This document shows, piece after piece, positions 1-9,056 of a stretch of 64,000 bases of DNA (positions within the stretch are counted from its first letter, which is position 1; every line of letters begins with the position of its first letter). The stretch lies in the IMG/VR virus record IMGVR_UViG_3300010356_002264; one strand, 5' to 3'. The position numbers and the translations under genes were made by a program. The stretch is from a virus (lineage: Duplodnaviria > Caudoviricetes). The notes beneath the pieces are model-generated. The model was not told the origin of the DNA and did no database searches. It saw nothing but the letters and a program-made list of their open reading frames with translations.

Positions 1-368
1 GTTCCGACCGGAGGGCTGACCAAGCAGCGCGGGCTGAACGACGTTCCCGTGACGTAGCACTCTCCCACCACGGAGATCGCGTGGGCCATGACGGTCCAGT
101 CGTAGCGCAGTCCGGCGAGGAGGACTGTGTTGGGGTCACAAGCGGTGACCACCAGCGTGGAAGGAAATGTGCTCTCGGGCGACACCGGCAGGCCGAGGAA
201 CGGTGCCAGGCGGTTGAGCACGGATGTGCGCAGTACGACGGCGGCATCCTCGACGCCGTCCAGCGCGCGGTAGATGCGGTAGAGGTTCAGCAGGTCCGCA
301 CGCTTGTCCTCATCAGGCTTCGAGGTCGTGTTGAGGTGGAGGGCTTGAATCCAGGATGGCCGGTTCAT
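1..368 (-). CDS. hypothetical protein, runs off the window edge (MNRPSWIQALH...)
   Basis: Open frame from ATG 368 to the edge (absent from the ORF track because it has no stop); promoter motif 30 nt upstream. Confidence 0.7.
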   Translation of the reverse strand, partial: MNRPSWIQALHLNTTSKPDEDKRADLLNLYRIYRALDGVEDAAVVLRTSVLNRLAPFLGLPVSPESTFPSTLVVTACDPNTVLLAGLRYDWTVMAHAISVVGECYVTGTSFSPRCLVSPPVG

Positions 369-397
369 GCCGCCTAGTCGCGTGGACACCAAAGACC

Positions 398-405
398 GGA
401 GCTGA
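398..405 (-). promoter_or_regulatory. TCAGCTCC promoter motif for ATG 368
   Basis: 30-nt offset; CGACTA at -12. Confidence 0.75.
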
Positions 406-420
406 AGGGTATGTATCGAC

Positions 421-1350
421 ATGCGGATCGCGGCCATCGACTGCGGCACCAACACCATCCACCTGATCGTCGCTGACCGAACTCCCGAGGGGACGAGCAT
501 CCTGGAGCACCAGGTCGCGACCCCTCGGCTCGGCCGGGGCCTCGCTCAGACGGGGGTCATCGACTCCCACGCGGCCGAGGCCGCGCTGCGCGCGCTGCAC
601 GCCTTCCACGACCGCGCGGTGGAGCTCGGGGCTGAGCGCCTCGTGGGCGTCGGGACAGAGGCGCTGCGAAGCGCGCGCAACGCCGAGGACCTCCTTGAGT
701 GCGTGTGGGCGCTCGGCATCCCGCTGCGCATCATCACCGGGGAGGAGGAGGCGCGCCTCTCCTTCATCGCGGCCTGTCACGCGGCGGGCATTGAGACGGA
801 GGTGACCCTCATCGACCTGGGGGGAGGTTCGACGGAGGTCGTCATCGGGTCCAAGGGTCGTCCCACCGATTGGGCGAGCTTGCCCTTCGGCTCCACGACG
901 CTCACCGACAGGTTCGCCGAGTCGGGTGACCTGGTGGGCGACGTGCGCGCAGCCGTTGGTAAGGCGATCGCCACGGCTCCTGAGCCGCGAGGGTCGGTCG
1001 TCTTGACGGGAGGGACGGCGAACGCGGTAGTAGGCGCCGTGGTGGCCGACGCGCGCAGGAAGGCTTCCGAGCAGGACCTGACCCACCCAAGCGGGGTCGT
1101 TCAGTGCCCCGCCAGGGCCTTCCTGGCCCTGGTGGAAGCTACCATTGGCCGGAAGGAGGAGGAGCTCGCCGCGCTGCCCTGGGTGGGACCTGAGCGCGCC
1201 AAGGTGCTCCGGGCCGGCGCGATCGCGCTCGACGTCCTCGTTGATCGCCCAACCGTCAAGCAGGTCGTGGTGACACCCCACGGGCTCTGCTGGGGGTTGA
1301 TCCTCGACACGGAGTTCGGCCCGGAGGCCGCTGGGACGGGTCTCGTATGA
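421..1350 (+). CDS. ppx: Ppx/GppA family exopolyphosphatase / pppGpp phosphohydrolase
   Basis: ASKHA motifs AAIDCGTNT, GTEALRSARN, IITGEEEA, IDLGGGSTE. Confidence 0.9.
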   Translation: MRIAAIDCGTNTIHLIVADRTPEGTSILEHQVATPRLGRGLAQTGVIDSHAAEAALRALHAFHDRAVELGAERLVGVGTEALRSARNAEDLLECVWALGIPLRIITGEEEARLSFIAACHAAGIETEVTLIDLGGGSTEVVIGSKGRPTDWASLPFGSTTLTDRFAESGDLVGDVRAAVGKAIATAPEPRGSVVLTGGTANAVVGAVVADARRKASEQDLTHPSGVVQCPARAFLALVEATIGRKEEELAALPWVGPERAKVLRAGAIALDVLVDRPTVKQVVVTPHGLCWGLILDTEFGPEAAGTGLV

Positions 1351-1591
1351 CGGCGCGTAGCTCGTCGAGGCGAACCTTGAGCAAGGACGGAGTCTTGACC
1401 GAGGACGGGGTGCCCGCGAGGATCGCGTAGCGTGTCTCCGCGCGGAGTGCTCGCTCCTCGTTAATGAGCCCCTCCTGGGCCGCTACGCAGAGGTGGTCGA
1501 AGCACAGGGGGTAGGTGTCCTTCTTGTGTGTGAGGGTCGTGACGACCGGCTCCGAACAGGGGACGTACGCGCACCTGGGAGGATTGTCCAT
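1256..1591 (-). CDS. small Cys-containing hypothetical protein
   Basis: CxxxxC...CxxH; start at 1591 supported by the promoter motif; 3' end overlaps ppx. Confidence 0.55.
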   Translation of the reverse strand: MDNPPRCAYVPCSEPVVTTLTHKKDTYPLCFDHLCVAAQEGLINEERALRAETRYAILAGTPSSVKTPSLLKVRLDELRAVIRDPSQRPPGRTPCRGSTPSRARGVSPRPA

Positions 1592-1620
1592 GCGCCTTCC
1601 TGGGTTGTTCGTCACGGTCC

Positions 1621-1637
1621 GGAGCTGACTCAGCTCC
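1621..1637. promoter_or_regulatory. back-to-back TCAGCTCC motifs for ATG 1591(-) and 1667(+)
   Basis: GGAGCTGA-C-TCAGCTCC, both at 30-nt offset. Confidence 0.8.
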
Positions 1638-1666
1638 AAAGACCTTTTACTCATCGACTACAAGAC

Positions 1667-2587
1667 ATGTGCTTCCAGACCACGCCCTCCCTGGGCAGCT
1701 ACATCGAGCTGTACGACCCGCTGTACCACCCTGTCGATGGGCGACCTCCCTTGATCGTCGCGTACGGGATGGGGGTTGACTCGACCGCCATGCTCGTCGA
1801 GCTGGTGAACCTGTCGATCCGACCCGACCTGATACTCTTTGCAGATACCGGGGACGAGAAGCCGGAGACCTACGCCTACCTGGCGATCATCAACGCCTTC
1901 CTGCGCGCGAACGGCTACCCAGAGGTCATCGTGGTGCGTCGCTCTCCGACGACCTCTCGCAAGAGCGGGATGGTGTACAGGACACTCGGGGAGAACTGCG
2001 TGGCCAACGCGACGCTCCCCTCGCTGGCGTTCGGTCGCAAGGGGTGCTCGCAGAAGTGGAAGCGTGAGCCGCAGGATAAGCACGTCAACGGTTGGGCTCC
2101 GGCGCGCGCGGCCTGGAAGCGTGGGCAGAAGGTCGTCAAGCTCATCGGCTACGACGCCGGGCCCAAGGACGCGCGTCGCAGCAAGATCGCCGACGACGCC
2201 AAGTACACCTACCTCTATCCACTGCGCGAGTGGGGGTGGGACCGAGAGCGGTGCGAGCGAGAGATCGCGCGCGCCGGCCTGCCGGTGCCCCCGAAGTCGG
2301 CCTGCGTGTTCTGCCCGGCCACCAAGCCCGAGGAGCTAGAGGAGATGATCCGTCGAGACGTGCAGGTCGCCTACAAGATCATCCAGATGGAGGCGGTGGC
2401 GGCTCCGGGGCTAAAGAACATCGACGGCCTGTGGCGCAAGGCAACCAAGAAGCGGCCCGGCGCGATGACCCCCTACGTGCGAGAGGTACTCCAGCGGATC
2501 GCCGACGAGAAGGGGCGCGGCGTCGTGCGGTCCCCTGCGCTGCGGGTCCTGCGGGAGGACGACGCGAGCACAACCCCCTGCGGGTAG
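1667..2587 (+). CDS. PAPS reductase family (PP-loop, Fe-S) protein
   Basis: VAYGMGVDSTAML PP-loop, FADTGDE, KSACVFCP; start refined by the promoter motif. Confidence 0.8.
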   Translation: MCFQTTPSLGSYIELYDPLYHPVDGRPPLIVAYGMGVDSTAMLVELVNLSIRPDLILFADTGDEKPETYAYLAIINAFLRANGYPEVIVVRRSPTTSRKSGMVYRTLGENCVANATLPSLAFGRKGCSQKWKREPQDKHVNGWAPARAAWKRGQKVVKLIGYDAGPKDARRSKIADDAKYTYLYPLREWGWDRERCEREIARAGLPVPPKSACVFCPATKPEELEEMIRRDVQVAYKIIQMEAVAAPGLKNIDGLWRKATKKRPGAMTPYVREVLQRIADEKGRGVVRSPALRVLREDDASTTPCG

Positions 2588-2599
2588 GTTGACGAAATA

Positions 2600-2995
2600 A
2601 TGCCCAAGCCCACGAAGCACCCCTGGCGCGACCTGGCCCGAGCGGCCCGGCGCGTGGCATGTGAGGAGTCATCCCCTCGGACATTCAGACGCCGCGTCCT
2701 GAAGCTCATCGCGGAGATCGAACGGTCGGAAGTCCTGCTCCAGCAAGGTCGGAATCGACCGAGTCCCAGCGCCCTGCACTGCCCCTGTTGTGGAGCGAAG
2801 CTCCAGCCTGTTTCTCCGCAGGACCCATACTGGGGAGACTTCTGTGAGGGCTATCGACGAGAAAACGGTACTGAGTGGTACCTCTGTCCCTCGAAGAGAT
2901 GCACGTACCACGACGCCCCGCTAGTCCTCTTCAACTCCTATCATGGGTGGAACCATCCGGCCGGCGACAACTGGGCGATAGGCTGGGTGAAGTAG
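2600..2995 (+). CDS. hypothetical protein with Zn-finger-like Cys motifs
   Basis: CPCCG and CPSKRC motifs. Confidence 0.6.
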   Translation: MPKPTKHPWRDLARAARRVACEESSPRTFRRRVLKLIAEIERSEVLLQQGRNRPSPSALHCPCCGAKLQPVSPQDPYWGDFCEGYRRENGTEWYLCPSKRCTYHDAPLVLFNSYHGWNHPAGDNWAIGWVK

Positions 2996-2996
2996 C

Positions 2997-3004
2997 TCAG
3001 CTCC
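2997..3004 (+). promoter_or_regulatory. TCAGCTCC motif for ATG 3034
   Basis: 30-nt offset. Confidence 0.75.
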
Positions 3005-3033
3005 AACCACCTCCCTTTCATCCCTATCCCTGC

Positions 3034-3366
3034 ATGGGAACACAGTTCATCCTGGGTGAGGTCGTCCCGCGCGCGAAGGCCGTGCGGTGCGCGGAGCTCG
3101 CCACGAAGTTCAACCAGGCGACCCCTGGGTCCGAGGTCCTCATGCGCAGCGTCGACGGGCACCTGCTCGTCGGGTTCCACGTGGGCTGGTCGGAGGACAA
3201 GAAGGTCGCGTCCCCCCTCGATCGATACGACGTCATGCCCCGCTGGGAGGCGCTTCGCAAGTACCTCAAGGAAAACGGACTCGACCCTGGCGTCGGTCGC
3301 GACATGACATTCGAGTGCGAGAGGGAGAACAAGATCCCAGCGCTCGACACGGAGACCCCCGCATGA
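3034..3366 (+). CDS. hypothetical protein
   Basis: ORF with promoter motif 30 nt upstream; ATGA overlap with the next gene. Confidence 0.65.
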   Translation: MGTQFILGEVVPRAKAVRCAELATKFNQATPGSEVLMRSVDGHLLVGFHVGWSEDKKVASPLDRYDVMPRWEALRKYLKENGLDPGVGRDMTFECERENKIPALDTETPA

Positions 3367-3704
3367 GCACGCACGTCTACTTCGGCTGCATCCTCGCGTC
3401 CAACCAGCGCAAGGTCTTCAACCTGCACGACCTCCCCCTGGGGTTCCAGGCGCTGCATCCCGGACCCCATGTGGTGGCTTCCACGCCTCAAAACGAGGCC
3501 GACGGACCTGCGTGGGTGGGGGTCGAGGCGCAGGGCCTCCCAGCAGGGCCGGTCCCGCTGGCGAGCCTGTCGGTGCGTTCCTTCCGGTACAGGGACACCG
3601 TGGAGCGGTGGCACGCGTTCTGCGAGTTCGTCAGGGCGGCGACCGGCCTGGACCTTGGGGAAGGTGAGCTCCTGCTCACCTACCTCGACACCGACGAGGA
3701 CTAG
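3363..3704 (+). CDS. hypothetical protein
   Basis: Translationally coupled ORF MSTHVYF... Confidence 0.6.
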   Translation: MSTHVYFGCILASNQRKVFNLHDLPLGFQALHPGPHVVASTPQNEADGPAWVGVEAQGLPAGPVPLASLSVRSFRYRDTVERWHAFCEFVRAATGLDLGEGELLLTYLDTDED

Positions 3705-4513
3705 CGCGACCCCTCGACGTACTTCTGCACGATCTCCCGCCACTCGTTACGGTAGCGCTCGAGGGTCGCGGCGATTATCCCGGCGACGTCGAAGCGCCGC
3801 TTCGTCTCCAGGTTGTCGCGGGACAATATGCGAGCTTGATCGCCGAGGTCGTCGAGCAGGTAGGCTGTCTTCGCGTCCACCGACTCCGCCTTGAGCTTCT
3901 CCAGGGCCGCCGTGGTCCAGACGATCTCCCGACCCCACTGTATGAGGTTCTGGGCGTACTTCTCGCCCGCCGCGATGTGCTTGAGGAAGTTCTGCGTGTA
4001 TCCCGCAACGTCGTCCGAGGAGGCGATGCGCACGACGGGGACCGCTACTCCCTCCAGGTGGGCGCGCAGCATCCAGAGGCGCTTGTCGAGCGAGCGGGAC
4101 ACCTCGATGTAGAGGTCGGCGGTGTCCTGGTCCCCCAGGTCAATCGACCGGATGATGTCCTCGCGCGCGCGGTTGGACACCAGCGCCACCCGCTCGGCGA
4201 GCGCTTGCACGTGGGCGAGACCATCGAGGAGGTTCGGTGGGTAGGGCGGAAGCCCCGCCCCTGCGGCGGCCTGCTCCAGGGTGCCGCCGGCCAACGCGCC
4301 AAGCTGCACGGCGCGCTCCGCGACGTCGTCCGCGTGGTTGCGCACCTCGCCAGCCAGGTCGTCAAAGAGCCCGTGGAGCGCCTGGAACTGAGGCCCTTTG
4401 ACGTTCCAGTGGGCCTGCTTGGCGGCCAGCATAAGGGCCGTGAGGTCAGCGAGGGTCTTGTTGAGGACCACACCGAGGAGGATGCGGTTCGGGGTGGGGA
4501 GGTTGATCTGCAC
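3701..4513 (-). CDS. dps: Dps/ferritin-like protein with C-terminal extension
   Basis: KQAHWNVKGPQFQALHGLFDD, DDVAERAVQLG, DQDTADL, DKRLWML; GTG start inferred. Confidence 0.85.
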   Translation of the reverse strand: MQINLPTPNRILLGVVLNKTLADLTALMLAAKQAHWNVKGPQFQALHGLFDDLAGEVRNHADDVAERAVQLGALAGGTLEQAAAGAGLPPYPPNLLDGLAHVQALAERVALVSNRAREDIIRSIDLGDQDTADLYIEVSRSLDKRLWMLRAHLEGVAVPVVRIASSDDVAGYTQNFLKHIAAGEKYAQNLIQWGREIVWTTAALEKLKAESVDAKTAYLLDDLGDQARILSRDNLETKRRFDVAGIIAATLERYRNEWREIVQKYVEGSR

Positions 4514-4565
4514 GCTACAGCTCCGATGATAGAGGATACCTCGCGCTCCCCGTACTGGAGGATCC

Positions 4566-5915
4566 ATGACCTGGGAGTGCCACGGCTGCGGCGAGCAGCA
4601 CCCGAACATCCCCGACGCCTGTAGGGCGTGCGGAACGAAGCCCGAGATCGTCGAGAACGTGTGGCGGTGCCGGTACTGCTCGACGGCGGGCATCCCGGCG
4701 GGCAAGCCGCGCTGCACGACCTGCGGGAAGGAGCGCGAGGCGGAGTCTGACTTCGCGGTCGACCCCTCCCGGGTCCTCGACGTTGAGGTGGGGCGCAAGC
4801 TCGCGGAGGGCACGCTCGTCAAGTGCGCCTACTGCGAGGACCTCATCGAGCCGTTCGACGCGGCGGGCAACCCGCGGAAGTCCTGCGACACCTGCGGGGC
4901 CTCTCGTGGAGAGGCCAAGGCCGCGGCCGTGGAGCAGACGATCCCGGCGGATCAGGCAGGGACGTACCGCCCGATGCAGTACGCCGCCTCACCGCCCGCC
5001 CAGTCCCCGCACCCAGGTACTCCCGCCCAGTCGTGGCAGGAGGCCAACGCGCTAGCCGACGAGCACGAAGATCCCCCTGGCGGGGTCTTCGCCTCGCCGG
5101 GAGCCTTCGACTACAAGCGGGCCGCGATCCTCGGTGGGGTTGGTCTTGGGGGCCTCGTCCTGCTGTTGTGGCTCGGGGGGCTCCTCGTGCAGGCGTTCCG
5201 CGCCTACCCGGTCGACGCGACGGTCACCGCCAAGCGATGGGAGCGATCGATCGCCGTCGAGCGCCACGTCATCCTGCACGAATCCGGGTGGATCGGGCAG
5301 AAGCCTATCGAGGCGTGGGACGTGTCCTGCGCGACGAGGCAGAACGGGAACCGCCGGATCTCCGACGGGTGGGTCCCTGTCCCCACTGTGAAGTGGTTCG
5401 CCTGTGACCACCAGGAGTCCTACTCCGCCCGAGAGCCCTACATGGTCAGGGGGCAGAAGTACTGCGCCAGCTTCGCCTACAAGTCCAAGGGCAAGGTGTC
5501 GGTCAAGGAGTGCGCGGACTGGCGGACCCCTACCTCGACCGCGTACCGCACCGTCACCAAGCAGAGGTGCGTGGGAGCCAACCGCACCGTCATCGAGTCG
5601 GTCGAGCGGTACCACTTCGAGCCCATCTGGGACCAGTACTGTAGCTGGACCGCCGATGGGGGTTGGAGGTACGCCCGCGCTCTCACAGCTTCAGGCGGCG
5701 CGCAGGACCCCCCGCGCTGGCCCGAGGTCCAGGGCCTCTCTGCGGATGAGCGGACGTCCACGCGCACCGAGAGCTACAGCGTCGAGGTCAGCGGGGGCAA
5801 GATCGACCCGTTCCAGCGCATCCTGCTACCCGAGGTCGTGTGGCGGGAGCGGCACGTAGGCAGCACCCTGCGAGTGTGGGCTCGTCGGGGTAGCGTAATA
5901 AGCTCCAGCTACTGA
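4566..5915 (+). CDS. multi-Zn-ribbon membrane protein
   Basis: Three CxxC...CxxC pairs, one TM helix, Cys-rich external domain; GGAGG SD. Confidence 0.75.
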   Translation: MTWECHGCGEQHPNIPDACRACGTKPEIVENVWRCRYCSTAGIPAGKPRCTTCGKEREAESDFAVDPSRVLDVEVGRKLAEGTLVKCAYCEDLIEPFDAAGNPRKSCDTCGASRGEAKAAAVEQTIPADQAGTYRPMQYAASPPAQSPHPGTPAQSWQEANALADEHEDPPGGVFASPGAFDYKRAAILGGVGLGGLVLLLWLGGLLVQAFRAYPVDATVTAKRWERSIAVERHVILHESGWIGQKPIEAWDVSCATRQNGNRRISDGWVPVPTVKWFACDHQESYSAREPYMVRGQKYCASFAYKSKGKVSVKECADWRTPTSTAYRTVTKQRCVGANRTVIESVERYHFEPIWDQYCSWTADGGWRYARALTASGGAQDPPRWPEVQGLSADERTSTRTESYSVEVSGGKIDPFQRILLPEVVWRERHVGSTLRVWARRGSVISSSY

Positions 5916-5925
5916 GGAGGTCACG

Positions 5926-6459
<534 letters not shown>

Positions 6460-6577
6460 ACCAAAAGAAAAACAGCGATCATCAGCTCCTGCCGCTTACC
6501 TGCCCTCTACTGCGAGTCAGTCCGGCTCGATTCGGACATAGACTCCGCAAAAAAGAACGAGACCTCAAAAAAACTTC

Positions 6578-6606
6578 TTGACCCTTAAACGGGTATGACG
6601 TAGAAA
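6578..6606 (+). promoter_or_regulatory. sigma70-type promoter of the tRNA array
   Basis: TTGACC-17 nt-TAGAAA preceded by A-tracts (UP-element-like). Confidence 0.7.
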
Positions 6607-6616
6607 GAACTTCACC

Positions 6617-6778
6617 ATGTTGGCCCTGACGCAAAAAACAGACCTGACGAACCGTGGAAGTTCCACGGCCCCGTCATATCTGCGCGCAGGGACCAATCTG
6701 GTGGCGATGCCGGGTTTTGCGGCCTCGAAGCGCCAGCCCTGCCACCTTGGTTGGATCGCTAGCACGCCTGGACCTTAG
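6617..6778 (+). CDS. putative 53-aa leader peptide
   Basis: ATG about 10 nt after the -10 box; ends 23 nt before the terminator hairpin. Confidence 0.45.
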   Translation: MLALTQKTDLTNRGSSTAPSYLRAGTNLVAMPGFAASKRQPCHLGWIASTPGP

Positions 6779-6801
6779 AGTAACCTCGAAGAGAGCTTAA
6801 C

Positions 6802-6846
6802 TCGAAGGGCCGGGCGGTGAAGACCTCCCGGCCCTTCGACGTTTTG
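6802..6846 (+). terminator. intrinsic terminator / attenuator upstream of the tRNA array
   Basis: TCGAAGGGCCGGG / CCCGGCCCTTCGA 13-bp stem followed by CGTTTT. Confidence 0.7.
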
Positions 6847-6888
6847 GGGTCCTAGGACTCCGATGGAGAACGCAGAAGGACGGTGTAT

Positions 6889-6958
6889 ATGTCGCGATCA
6901 GGGATCAGGTTGGTCTCCAAAACCGACCAGCGGGGTTCAATTCCTCGGCGACATGCCA
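6889..6958 (+). tRNA. tRNA-Trp(CCA), D-arm reduced
   Basis: ATGTCGC/GCGACAT acceptor, loop CTCCAAA, T arm, encoded CCA. Confidence 0.8.
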
Positions 6959-6959
6959 A

Positions 6960-7032
6960 GCCCTCGTAGCACAACTGGCGGTGCGTCGGTTTCGTAAACC
7001 GAAGGTAGTCGGTTCGAGTCCGGCCGAGGGCA
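6960..7032 (+). tRNA. tRNA-Thr(CGT)
   Basis: Cloverleaf, loop TTCGTAA. Confidence 0.92.
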
Positions 7033-7074
7033 CAAGTATCGACATAGGTGCGTGCGTGAATCGCGCATAGCATT

Positions 7075-7147
7075 GCGGGACTAGCTCATCCGGTAGAGTG
7101 CCTGGTTGCCAATCAGGAGGTGGAGGGTTCAAGTCCCTCGTCCCGCA
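7075..7147 (+). tRNA. tRNA-Gly(GCC)
   Basis: Cloverleaf, loop TTGCCAA. Confidence 0.92.
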
Positions 7148-7161
7148 CTGTAGGAACATAT

Positions 7162-7247
7162 CCCGGCGTATACCGTTATGGACACGGGGCAGACTGTAAA
7201 TCTGTCGCCTTCGGGTAGGGGGGGTTCGATTCCCTCCGCCGGGACCA
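7162..7247 (+). tRNA. tRNA-Tyr(GTA), C1:G72
   Basis: Loop CTGTAAA, long variable arm, ACCA end. Confidence 0.9.
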
Positions 7248-7393
7248 TGCGAGCGACCATCTATACGGTGGGCTCGCCTCTCTCAGCCCCGCAAGAGCTG
7301 AGAGGCTGACAACTCAAGAGTGAGAGATGAAGAGCGCGGGGCTCGCGCCACTTCCCGGGGTGATGCTCGAAGGTGGTCAGTCCCGCGCAGTAT

Positions 7394-7465
7394 GCGCCCG
7401 AGGCCGACTGGTGAGGCAGCTGATTCTTAATCAGTTTGAGGTGGGTTCGATCCCCACTGGGCGCA
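7394..7465 (+). tRNA. tRNA-Lys(CTT)
   Basis: Loop TTCTTAA. Confidence 0.9.
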
Positions 7466-7527
7466 CTCAAGGAGCCACACATGCAGACCAAACGCGCGGC
7501 GAGGGGAGCTCGCAGTCAGGACCCCGC

Positions 7528-7600
7528 GCCGCTGTAGCTCAACTGGCTGAGCAGCGTCCTTTTAAGTCGTTGGATGAGGGTTCGAGTCCCTCCAGCGGCA
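7528..7600 (+). tRNA. tRNA-Lys(TTT)
   Basis: Loop CTTTTAA. Confidence 0.9.
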
Positions 7601-7619
7601 ACGATAAGGTAGAGTAGCT

Positions 7620-7721
7620 TTACCGACTCCCACGAACGGGCCCTACAAGCACAGGTTCGACTCCTGTACCCTCCACTCTTACGGGGGGCGCGGTTAATGG
7701 TCCGCTCACTCGAGTTGGTAA
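7620..7721 (+). ncRNA. permuted tRNA-like / Y-RNA-like RNA, copy A (no D or anticodon arm)
   Basis: 10-bp terminal stem, CCAC/ACTC internal loop, T arm followed by a closed acceptor-like hairpin. Confidence 0.7.
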
Positions 7722-7724
7722 CAT

Positions 7725-7799
7725 GCGGGTTTGGCCGAGCGGCCCAGGCACCAGCTTCCCAAGCTGGACACGAGGGTTCAACTCCCTCAACCCGTACCA
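7725..7799 (+). tRNA. tRNA-Gly(CCC)
   Basis: Loop TTCCCAA, CCA end. Confidence 0.92.
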
Positions 7800-7800
7800 T

Positions 7801-7873
7801 GCGAGCGTCGCCCGACCGGCCGGGCACCAGCCTTCCAAGCTGGACCAAGCGGGTTCGAGTCCCGTCGCTCGCT
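7801..7873 (+). tRNA. tRNA-Gly(TCC)
   Basis: Loop CTTCCAA. Confidence 0.9.
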
Positions 7874-7876
7874 CTG

Positions 7877-7884
7877 ACAGCTCG
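7877..7884 (+). promoter_or_regulatory. ACAGCTCG motif for ATG 7914
   Basis: 30-nt offset. Confidence 0.65.
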
Positions 7885-7913
7885 GCGGGTAGTTCCTTCC
7901 CAGAGGAACTCCC

Positions 7914-8585
7914 ATGAAGATCTGCAAGGATGGCAAGCGGGTCGTTGTTACGGACCACGCCGCAACACGGTACGCCGCTCGGTACGACCGCGGGCTTGGG
8001 GTCGAGGAGGCCCGCACGAAGCTGGGGGTCCACATCATGAAGTCGAGCGCCAAGCGGCTCGTGGACAAGTCTCCCGCGGGGGACCCCCTCATGCTGCTAC
8101 CGGAACTCGACTGCGTGGTGGTGATCAAGCCAGACAACCGAGAGGGGCACGAGGGGGACCTCGTGGTCCCCACGGTCCTCGACAACCCGGATCGAAAGGT
8201 GAACCGAGGGCCGATGTACGAGAAGCTCGCGGCGATGTCCAACCTGCGCGCGACCCTCCCCGCGCAGGTGCAGGATCCGCCGCCGCCTCAAGCCCCCGAG
8301 GAACCCGAGGAACCAGAGGAACCAGAGGAACCAGAGGAGCCGCCGAAGTCGACACCTAGCGTTGACTGGCTGGAGCTCCAGCAGCTTCGTCGAATGCGTG
8401 ACCAGCTAGATGTCCTGGTCGCCTCGTTGCGGAAGCGTGAGCAGCACATTCGGGTCTCGGTCGCGGGCATCCCGGAGAACCTGAACCTTCAGGGGTGGGC
8501 CGACCGCCACATGACGCTGGCCGTGGAGCTAGGGTCCATCGGGGACGAGGTCGAGCGCTTGCTAGCGCAGACTGCTCGGGCGTAG
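7914..8585 (+). CDS. hypothetical protein with a (PEE)5 linker
   Basis: Promoter motif 30 nt upstream; stop codon lies inside tRNA-Gln. Confidence 0.7.
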   Translation: MKICKDGKRVVVTDHAATRYAARYDRGLGVEEARTKLGVHIMKSSAKRLVDKSPAGDPLMLLPELDCVVVIKPDNREGHEGDLVVPTVLDNPDRKVNRGPMYEKLAAMSNLRATLPAQVQDPPPPQAPEEPEEPEEPEEPEEPPKSTPSVDWLELQQLRRMRDQLDVLVASLRKREQHIRVSVAGIPENLNLQGWADRHMTLAVELGSIGDEVERLLAQTARA

Positions 8586-8648
8586 CTCAACGGTAGCAGC
8601 GGCGGCCTTTGACACCGCAGGTTGGGGGTTCGAGTCCCTCCGCCCGAA
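8576..8648 (+). tRNA. tRNA-Gln(TTG)
   Basis: Loop CTTTGAC. Confidence 0.88.
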
Positions 8649-8687
8649 CTCACTGAACGTCGTATCACTCGCCACAGGGCGAGTCGC

Positions 8688-8760
8688 TGGGGTGTAGCTC
8701 AACTGGCAGAGCGCCGGTTTCTGAAACCGTCGGTTGAAGGTTCGACTCCTTCCACCCCAA
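8688..8760 (+). tRNA. tRNA-Gln(CTG)
   Basis: Loop TTCTGAA. Confidence 0.9.
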
Positions 8761-8779
8761 CTCAGCTTTGGATTCTTCT

Positions 8780-8863
8780 GGAGGGTGCTTCTGGGGTGGC
8801 CCGGAGCCTGTTTGCTAAACAGTGCGTGTGTAACAGCACAGGGTTCGACTCCCTCACCTTCCG
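8780..8863 (+). tRNA. tRNA-Ser(GCT), 8/4 type
   Basis: 8-bp acceptor, 4-bp T stem, 6-bp D stem, G73. Confidence 0.85.
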
Positions 8864-8881
8864 CTCAACTTGACCTGACAA

Positions 8882-8963
8882 GGGAAGCAAACGCGGTGTG
8901 GACCGCGACCCGTCTCGAAAACGGTGTGCTGCAAGGCATGGGGTTCGACTCCTCTGCTTCCCG
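8882..8963 (+). tRNA. tRNA-Ser(CGA), 8/4 type
   Basis: GGGAAGCA/TGCTTCCC acceptor, loop CTCGAAA. Confidence 0.85.
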
Positions 8964-8967
8964 CTCT

Positions 8968-9053
8968 GGAGGGTATCTGCGGTGTGGACCGCAGCCTGCT
9001 TGGAACGCAGTGCGCTCGGGCAACTGGGCGGGGTTCGACTCCTCTACCTTCCG
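8968..9053 (+). tRNA. tRNA-Ser(GGA), 8/4 type
   Basis: GGAGGGTA/TACCTTCC acceptor, loop TTGGAAC. Confidence 0.85.
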
Positions 9054-9056
9054 CTT

